Positions 25,597 to 33,800 of a DNA stretch of 39,786 bases are shown one piece after another. The translations under genes were made by a program, and so were the position numbers. The notes under the pieces were generated by a model. It searched no databases. It worked only from the letters and a program-made list of their open reading frames with translations, and was not told the origin of the DNA. The stretch comes from a virus (taxonomy: Duplodnaviria; Caudoviricetes): IMG/VR virus record IMGVR_UViG_3300037047_000007, positions 1-39,786 of that record; one strand, given 5' to 3'. How positions within the stretch are numbered: the stretch's first letter is position 1; each line of letters opens with the position of its first letter.

Positions 25597-26655
25597 ATGG
25601 CATCCATCCAGCAGCGCGGCGACGTGTTCTTCGCCCAGGTCCGCATCAAGAAAGCGGGCGTCATTGTATTCAGCGAGTCCAAGACCTTCCCCACCGAAGC
25701 CATGGCCAGGTCGTGGGCCGAACGGCTGGAAGACAAGGTGAAGAAGAACGGCGCGCCCGTGCGGTCCATGACCGTGGGTGATCTGATCCTGGAACACCTG
25801 AAGTACCAGCAGAAGCTGCGGCCGCTGGGCCGCTCGACGGTGCACAACCATGAGACCATGGCCCAGGCTTTCAGCAGGATCAAGCTGGACGAGCTCACGG
25901 CCAAGGACATCACGGACTTTGTGATCCGCCGGAAGGAAGAAGGCGCTGGCCCGGCCACGATCCTGTCCAACCTCTCCCCGCTGGCGGCCGCCGTGCACGC
26001 GGCGCCCTACGCCCACGGCATCCAGGTGGACCCGCTGCCGGTGGACATGGCCATCAAGAAGCTGAAGGAGGCCGGTGCCATCGGCAAGTCGCGCGAAATC
26101 ATCCGCCTGGTGGACGACGAGGAAGAAGCCGCCCTGCTGGCCGAATTCGAGCGGCGCAACCTGCACCACCAGACCACCATCAACATGGTGCTGGTCTACA
26201 AAATGGCCATCGCCCTGCCCCGCCGGGCTGGCGAGCTGACGCGCATGCGCTGGGCAGACGTGGACTTCAAGCGCAAGACCGTGGTGATTCGGGACGTGAA
26301 ACACCCGCGCAAGAAGATCGGCAACGACCAGACCGTGCCGCTGCTGGGCGAGGCCTTCACCCTGCTGGACCAGATCCCGAAGCTGGACGAGCGCATCTTT
26401 CCCTACGACACGGATTCGATGACGGCCGCCTTCGAGCGCGCGCGCGATCGGATCGCAGCGACCGGCATGCCCAAGATCGCGGACCTGCGCTTTCACGACC
26501 TGCGGCACACCGGCATCACGCAACTCTTCTGGGCCGGGCTCAAGATCGAGGAAGTGGCCCAGGTGTCAGGGCACACAAGCTGGGCACAGCTGAGGCGTTA
26601 CACACACATCCGGCCGGAAGACGTGCACCGGCGATGGGATGCACTGCGGGGTTGA
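25597..26655 (+). CDS. int: Tyrosine integrase (dusA-associated type)
   Basis: R (RAGEL), K (DVKHP), FHDLRH, SGH, RYTH catalytic set; adjacent dusA att core. Confidence 0.95.
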   Translation: MASIQQRGDVFFAQVRIKKAGVIVFSESKTFPTEAMARSWAERLEDKVKKNGAPVRSMTVGDLILEHLKYQQKLRPLGRSTVHNHETMAQAFSRIKLDELTAKDITDFVIRRKEEGAGPATILSNLSPLAAAVHAAPYAHGIQVDPLPVDMAIKKLKEAGAIGKSREIIRLVDDEEEAALLAEFERRNLHHQTTINMVLVYKMAIALPRRAGELTRMRWADVDFKRKTVVIRDVKHPRKKIGNDQTVPLLGEAFTLLDQIPKLDERIFPYDTDSMTAAFERARDRIAATGMPKIADLRFHDLRHTGITQLFWAGLKIEEVAQVSGHTSWAQLRRYTHIRPEDVHRRWDALRG

Positions 26656-26705
26656 AGGCGCCCCCATGCGACTACCCTTTCGGGCTGGGGGCTGCGCTAT
26701 CGGCT

Positions 26706-26790
26706 CCAGCCATGACCACGGCCGCCGTGGCAGGTTTCCGCGCTGGTATTGCCGCCCCAGCGCACCCGTTGGCTTTCCGGGTCATGATGG
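26706..26790. other. Four-way-junction structured element between the convergent int and holin genes
   Basis: Closing CATGA/TCATG with three perfect arms: CCACGG/CCGTGG, GCGCTGG/CCAGCGC, CCCG/CGGG. Confidence 0.45.
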
Positions 26791-26795
26791 CGGGG

Positions 26796-27287
26796 CTATC
26801 GCTGTAACCGTTCGATCAGGTCCTGCTTCTGGGCACTGCCACGGCTGGAGCCCAGCCAGTAAGCCACGGCCGTGCTGAAGGCGCCGATCAGCTGGCCGGC
26901 GATCAGGTACACCACTTCCTTGTTCTCGGGCGGCGTGCCCCGCATGAACAGGCCGGCCACCATCAGCGCCACCATGGCGGCCAGCGTGAGCGTCAACGCC
27001 CAGGGCATCCAGTGATCGCGGTGGCTTTGCCGGGCGTGCTGCACGTCGGCCAGATAGGCCTTGTCCAGTTCAGCCTCGATGCCGGCGATCGCCTGGCGAA
27101 ACTGCAGCACCAGGGCCGGGTCCGCGTGCAAGGCGCCGATGGCGTCGGCACCAGACCGGCCGGTGACAGCCTCGGCCACCTGCACGACACGCTCGGCGGC
27201 GTCGGCCGCCTTATCGCTGCCCGAGACCCATTTGATGACTTGCGGGGCAAACTGAGCCAGCCCCATGGCCAGGGTGATCGGGTCCAT
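26796..27287 (-). CDS. Holin (3TM/GTA-type family)
   Basis: LADVQHAR, two C-terminal TM segments, YWLGSSRGS.QK motif; follows the endolysin. Confidence 0.8.
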   Translation of the reverse strand: MDPITLAMGLAQFAPQVIKWVSGSDKAADAAERVVQVAEAVTGRSGADAIGALHADPALVLQFRQAIAGIEAELDKAYLADVQHARQSHRDHWMPWALTLTLAAMVALMVAGLFMRGTPPENKEVVYLIAGQLIGAFSTAVAYWLGSSRGSAQKQDLIERLQR

Positions 27288-27289
27288 GA

Positions 27290-27766
27290 TCAGGCCTCCA
27301 TCAGGTCGGCAATGCGACGGGCCCAGCCACGGGAAAAGCTCGGCCAGTTGGAAAGCTGGGTCATGAAGCGCAGGCGCTGCGCCAGGATCGCGGCCTTCAG
27401 CGCTTCGCCGTTGGCCACGCGCGCGGCGCCCAGGGTGATGGGGCCGATGCGCCCGTCGTCGGCCACACCCAGCGCGCGCTGCAGCCAGCGCACCGCCTGG
27501 CCGGCGCCAGAGTTCACGGCCGCGTCAAACACCGGGTATCGCACCGGTGCGGGCAGCTCGTCGGCGCGCACCGCGTCCCAGTATTGGTGGCGGTAGATGC
27601 GCTTTGCCAGGTCCAGGGGCAGCTGGCGCATGTCGCCGGTGTAGCCGTTCTGGCGGGCCACCGCTTCGGTGATGCCGAAGCGCGTCTTGCCGCCCGGGTC
27701 GGCGGCGTGGTCGCTGTAGCCGCCTTCGTGGCCCAGCAGCTTGTCAAATGCCTTTTCGAAGTCCAT
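27290..27766 (-). CDS. Endolysin, glycoside hydrolase 108 plus peptidoglycan-binding domain
   Basis: HEGGY..H..DPGGKT.FGIT, FDAAVNSG, LQRALGV.DDG.IGP.T, GWARR. Confidence 0.92.
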   Translation of the reverse strand: MDFEKAFDKLLGHEGGYSDHAADPGGKTRFGITEAVARQNGYTGDMRQLPLDLAKRIYRHQYWDAVRADELPAPVRYPVFDAAVNSGAGQAVRWLQRALGVADDGRIGPITLGAARVANGEALKAAILAQRLRFMTQLSNWPSFSRGWARRIADLMEA

Positions 27767-27792
27767 GGGGTGCATCCTTTCCAGATGCCCCC

Positions 27793-27829
27793 ATTCTTCG
27801 GTCGCTCAGGTGTGCCGGCGGATTTTTGT
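27793..27829 (-). promoter_or_regulatory. Putative late promoter (lysis): ACAAAAAT-CCGCCG-N17-AAGAAT
   Basis: Spacing-conserved copy in the intergenic gap ahead of the endolysin RBS. Confidence 0.65.
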
Positions 27830-30800
27830 CAGTCCTCGCGCGTGCGCTCGATCTTCTCGCGCGCTTTTTCGCGGGTCTGCTCCATCATCCGGTCGGACAC
27901 CGCGCCGCGCTGGTACAGGCGGGCCATGCTTCGGACCTCTGCGGCGATGGAGTTGATCAGCGCCGCCTCTTGCGCGCGCTTGCGCTGCGCCTCCAGCTCC
28001 AAGTCCACCGGTCGGGCCTTGATGCCCACCGTCTGCATGGCTGCGTACTTGGGCTGCACCGGCAGGCCCGAACGGTCCACACCGGTGAAATCGCCCAGCG
28101 GGGTCTCGATCACCGTGTCCATGGCGTTGGCCGCCGCGTCAGCGATGCGCTGCGAGTGGTAGCCGCCAGGCGCCACAGCCGGCAGCAGGAAACCGGCCAT
28201 CCACTTGGCGCGCTTTTCGGCTGCTTCGCCTGCGGTGTCGTTCTTGTCCGTCACATCGCGGCCCATGAACATCTCGCGGTTGGCGATCATGGCGCTAAAG
28301 GCCGACAACACCGGATGGTTCGGCATCAGCGGCGCCGGCAGCGGCAGGCCTCCGGCCTGGTTCACCATGTCGAACATGTCGCCGCCAGGCACCACGCGCG
28401 ACACATCCAAAAAAACCGGGTTGCCCGTCACGCTGTCCGTGCCCAGGCGGATGGTCTTGGGGTTCAGCAACATGCCCGTGCCGGCCGTGCGCTCGGGCAT
28501 TGCTTCGCGCTCTTCCCGTTCCAGGTCACGGCCCTTGGCGATCTTCTCCAGCCAGTTGTCGTCCTCGTCGCCGGCGGCCAGTGCGTAGGCCACCAGGTTG
28601 ATGCCGTGCAGCGCCGCAGCCGGTGCCAGGAAGCGCCACGGGTACACCATCGCCGTGTGCAGCAGTGCGGGTGCTGCCTTGTAGGTCCAGCTGAAGAACG
28701 GGATAGCGAAGTCGCGCACCTTGCGCGCACCGCTGGGCAGGTCGTCGTAGGTGAAGATGTAGCGCAGGGCGTAATCCATCGCCTCGGCGGGCTCCATGCC
28801 TTGCTGGCGCGCGTCCCGATAGATCAGGTACTTGAAGAAGGAGTCTTCAAACTCGTAGGCATCGCGCAGCGGCTTGCGCAGCCAGAACGTCAGGGCGTTC
28901 ATCACCTGCTTGCCAGCCTTGCGCGCCCGGCCTTCGTCCATCTGCATCAACTGCTGCAGCTCGGGCGGCATGGCCTGCACCATCTCTTCCTTGGTGAAGC
29001 TGCCGGTGAACAGCCCCACCTTGCGGGCCTCGTCCACCATGGGCGCATCGTTCACCAAATCGCGCACGGCCGCCGCGTACTTGTGGCCATCCCAGTACGA
29101 CACGCCGGCGAAGTGCGCCATGCTCACGTTGGACATCACGTTGTTGAAGTGGGCCACCGGGTTCAGCGCGGTCTTGCCTTCCTTCCACAGGCCCAGGGCC
29201 TCGCGGTACAGCTGCAGCGTGTCGTTGGCCGCTTCCTCGAACTGGGTCAGGTGGCTCATCACGTCCTGGCGCACCCACAACCCGGCCAGGTTGCCGTAGC
29301 GCTTGACGCCGCCGGTGTCGGGAATCTCGGAGGTGGGCACCTGCACCCAGCCCTCGGCACCAGACCGGCGCACCCATTCGGTGTTGTTGGCGATGCTGTT
29401 GAACAGACGGCCCAGGGCGATGTCGCGCTGCATGGCCGTGTAGCCCTGCACGAAGCGATACAGGGCGTCCCGGTTCTCGCCCATCTGCGCGCGCTCGCTG
29501 GGGGTCCAGTCGCGCCACACCGTCACCTGCTCGCGGGCCACCTGCGGCGTGTTGGGGTCTTTCAGCTCCAGCTTGCCCTGGTTCATCGTCCAGTGCGGGT
29601 CGCGCACCTCGTAGCCCATGGCCAGCCACTGGTCCACCGCGTCCACGCTCACGTCCTGGAACAGGCCCCGGCCTTTGAGCGAACCGCCGCCAATGCCCGC
29701 CATGGTGGGCGTGCCGGTCTTGAACAGGCGCTTGATCAGTGGATCGTCGGCCAGCTCGGTCTGCCGGTTGTAGATGCGCGGCAGGTACCGGCCACGCCAG
29801 CGCTCGGCACTGTCGGCGCTCAGCATGCCCAGGGCCACCAGCTCGTCGGTCTGCTGGTCCATGGTTCTGGTGATGGCGTCGGCCACGCGCACCGCGTGCT
29901 CAGGCGGCACCGCGCCAGGGGCGATCATCTTCTCCACGATGTCGGACACCATGGCGCGATCGGCCTCGGGCATGGCGCCCATTTCCTTGGCCACGTCCAC
30001 CGCCTTGCGCTTGGCCTCTTCGATGGTGGCCTTCATCTGGCGCAGCTGGCGGCGCAGCTCGGGCGATGCCATGCGCATGCCGAACTTCTCCTGCAGCGGC
30101 CGGGTGGCCGCGTCCAGCTTGCCCAGCGCCACCTCGCCCAGGCGGAACTTCACACGGCCCAGGGCGTCACGGTTGGGGCTGGTCTGCTCCACGTCAGGCT
30201 CAGTCACCCGCCGCGCATCTGCCGGCTGCGACTGCTGGCGCAGGTAGGCAAACTCCGGGCTGGTGTCCGGGCTCAGGCGGGCGCGGCGATCCTCGGGGTA
30301 CAGGCGGCCGATGCCGGCGTTGATGATGCCGCGCTCGCCAAGGCTGGCCACACGCCCGGAGCTCTCCACATGGATGCTGTCAACGGCCAGGTCGCCCAGC
30401 TGCTGCAGCGCCTGCATGTCGCGTGACACGGCAAACACACGCACGCCGCGCTGGCGCATGGTCGCGCGCACCACATTGCGACGGGTGGCGTTGATGTCGT
30501 CGGACACAGCCGACCTCGGGATGGTGGTCACGCCCATGACCTTGAACTGGTTGGTGGTCATCACCAGCGTCACGGCGCCGTCGTCAAGCTGCAGCCGCTT
30601 GGCGACCATCATCACGTCTGCCGGGCCGGAAATGCTCACGCCCTCCCACTCCCCGGCCTCGTAGCTGGCTGGCTGGCCGAAGTCCTTCTTGAACAGCGTG
30701 CTCTCACCCTGGCTGTCGATCACCGAATACTCGTTGGTGTCGATCACGACATGGCCGCGAAACTTCACGTCACCGAAGGCGGTGCGGGCGGCATAGGTGC

Positions 30801-33800
30801 GCGTCAGGCTCTCGTCGGCCCGGCTGGTCTTGGCGATGCCGCTGGGGTGGTTGTGCAGCATGTAGTAGCCGGATGCGCCCTGGTTCCGGGCGGTGGCCAT
30901 CAGGCCGTCCAGGTACTCGTTGAGGTCGTTGCCCATGATGCCGGGCGCCGCAGCCGGAAGCCGGCTCGTCAGACCCACCTGGGAAACCACCTTGCCGGCG
31001 TCGTTCACGAACACCACGCGCAAGGTCTCGAATCGGGGATCGCGGTACACCTGGGCCAGAACGGCCAGGTCTTCGGGGTTGCTTACTTTTTGTCCGACGA
31101 GACTGACCCGCTGACGGGCAGCGTAATCACGCGACAGGGCGAGACCAAGTACCGTTTCGGTGGATCGTAGGTCGTCCACGGCGGCAACGGCTTCCCGCTG
31201 GGCAGCTTCTCCACGCGGGCCTGCCTGGCTTTCGACAGGTCCGTTATCGAGGAAGAGCTGGAGTTGTCGGTCATCGGTGTAGGGGCGCCGTGATGCTTCT
31301 GCATTGTAGGCGGCATTGGGCTGGAACACTGTTTCAGCGCCTGCCTGCTGCATCTCTTCGGCCAACGACCGAACGGCAGCGCTCCGGCTGGCGTCGTCGC
31401 CCTTCTTGTAGGTGCGGATGTTGTTCACGCCGCGCGCTTTGAGCGCCTCTATCACGTCCGGCCTGACACCCTCAGGCACCACGGCGCCCTTGAACTCGGC
31501 CAGGTCCACCTCGCGCAGAACCTTGGCCTCGAAGTATTCGGTGGGCAGCTCGCGCAAGCGCGTCAGGAACTCGGCCACCTGCACGGCGGTCTCGCCGCTC
31601 ACGTCGTAGCCGTAGCCCTTGGCCGCGCGCTGCACGCCCATCTTGGCGGCATCCTCCAAGATGGCGATGGCCGTGTCGCCCGACAGGTCGGGGTTGATCG
31701 CGCGTGCCACGTCCCAGAACTGGGTGTCGATCTCGGCCTTGACCTTCTTGAAATCGGCCTTGCTGACCAGGCGGCCTTTGGCCTTGCGAATTTGCTCGAT
31801 GCTCTTGAACTGCGGCGTGAACTTCGCGCGCAGCGAGCCGACCCCGTAGTTGAAGCTCTCACCACCGCGCAGCTCCTTCTTCAGCAGCTTGACCACGTTC
31901 TCCAACGTGTGCGGGATGTACTTGCGGTTGCCGCTGTTGGTGAAGCCCTGGAAGATGCGCTCGCTCTTGGTCAGCGCCTGCAGTTCGGTCTGCACCCACT
32001 GCTGGTAGGCGCTCTCCATGCCGGCGTCGGCGATCTGCTTTTCCATCGCCGCAAGCGTGGAATACCGGTCGGCCTCGGGCTTGGCGCGCAGGCGCGCGTC
32101 GTTGACGATGGCGTTGGCGGTGTCGCGGGCGATGTTGCGCTGGAACTCATTGTCTGTGTCCAGTTTCTTGACCATGGCGTCGCGCTTGCCGGTCTGTTCG
32201 TAGGCGTCGCGCGCCTCGGCCACTGCAGCGGCCACGAACGCGGGGTCGTCCTGCAGGTCGTAGGCGCTCTTGGCGTCCATGAACGGCGCCATGCCGAACC
32301 GCTCAAGACGTGCGCGGCGGGCGTCGTCCATGCCCTTGCGCATGACGATCTGTGGCTCGACGCCCTGCTCCCGCAGGAACGTGCCCATCACCGCCAGGTT
32401 GCGCTCCAGTGTGCGCTGGCCGTTGCGCTCCAACTCCGACGAGCCCAGCAGCGCGCTCTCGCCCATCTGGTCGGCCACGGGCTTGATGCGCTTTTGCAGC
32501 GCGGCCTGAGCCTTGCGGTCGATGTCGCGCTCGACGTTCGGGTAGCGCGGGCTGTAGATGTCCGCGCCGAACACCTTGGTGCCGGCGTAGCCCTTGGGGT
32601 CGGCCAGGGCCTTGTTGCCGATCAGCGTGATTTCGCCGAACCCGGTAAGCGGGCTGTCCTTTTTGGTGACGGCGAGCGATGGCACCGGAATGCCGCCCAT
32701 CTTCACCGCATGAAGCAGGTTCTCAGCGGTCAGGTTGTGGGTGACGATCAGGTCGCGCTCGTCGGAGTAGGTTGCTCCACGCTCGCGCGCAAAGATGTCG
32801 CCCTGATTCGGGTTGGCATCGGCCGCGCGGTCGCTGCCGGTCAGGGTGAAGTCGTCGCGCTCGGCATCGGCCTGGGCGCGCTGCTCGGCTTCGCGGTCTT
32901 GCTGGGCTTGCTCGCGCTGCGCTTGCTCCAGGCGCTCCAGGCGTTGCTCGATGTCAGCCTGGGTGTAGCTGGTCAGGCCTTCTTCTTCGGCGGGTCGGCC
33001 TGCTTGAGCTTCTGCAGGTGCTGCTGGTCTTGCGGGCTCAGCGGCTGGCCCTTGAGCATCTTGCCCAGCAGTCCCGCGCCCTGCGGGGTCTTCCAGAGTT
33101 TCCTGGCTTGCTCGTTCATCTTGCGGCCTCAGTTGGTTGATGATGTCCTGCCGTCCCGCGCGGGGCACTTCACCGAACATGTCTTCGGCCGGCTTGTTGG
33201 CTTCAGTGTATGCGGCGTCGGCCGCGCGGCTCAGCGCCTCCACCACGGGCTTGACGCTGCGCGGGTTGGCGGCGAACAGGTCCAGGATCACAGCCACGTC
33301 AGGATCGGCGGCCATGTCCAGCTGCTGCGCGGCCAGCTTCATGGGCTTGCCTTCACGGCGGGCGTTCACCGCAATCTCGGCCGCCTGGGTCACGATGTCG
33401 CGGATGTCCAGCGCACCGGCACCTTCCAGCCGGGCCATCTTCGGGGCCACCTGCGCCAGCGCGGACATCACGTTGCGCGCTTCGGGGTCCTGCGCCTGGG
33501 CGAACAGGCGGATCAGCTGGTCGTTGCCGTAGGCGCGGGCGAACACAGCCGCGTTGATGCGGTCCACGGCCTGCTTGGTCGGCTGGCCGTTGGTGTCGAT
33601 CAGTCCACCCTGCTCGGCCTGCGGCATGGCGCGCACGAACTGGCGCACCGCTTCGGGGGTGATGCTGCCGTCCTCGGCAAACTGCAGGGCCTCCAGGTTC
33701 ACGCGCTGGGCGTCGTTGTTGGCCTGCTCCACCGGCGACAGGTTCAGGTTGCCCACGGTGTTGGACACATCCCCGATGTCGGTCGTCACCTGCTCGGTGG

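Noticed and set aside
26672-26785. 37-aa minus-strand ORF MTRKANGCAGAAIPARK... after the holin as a spanin or lysis peptide
   Set aside because: No RBS, signal peptide or lipobox; it overlaps the structured element
26706-26790. tRNA gene or hammerhead ribozyme
   Set aside because: Lacks the TTC T-loop, a 7-nt anticodon loop and the CUGANGA core
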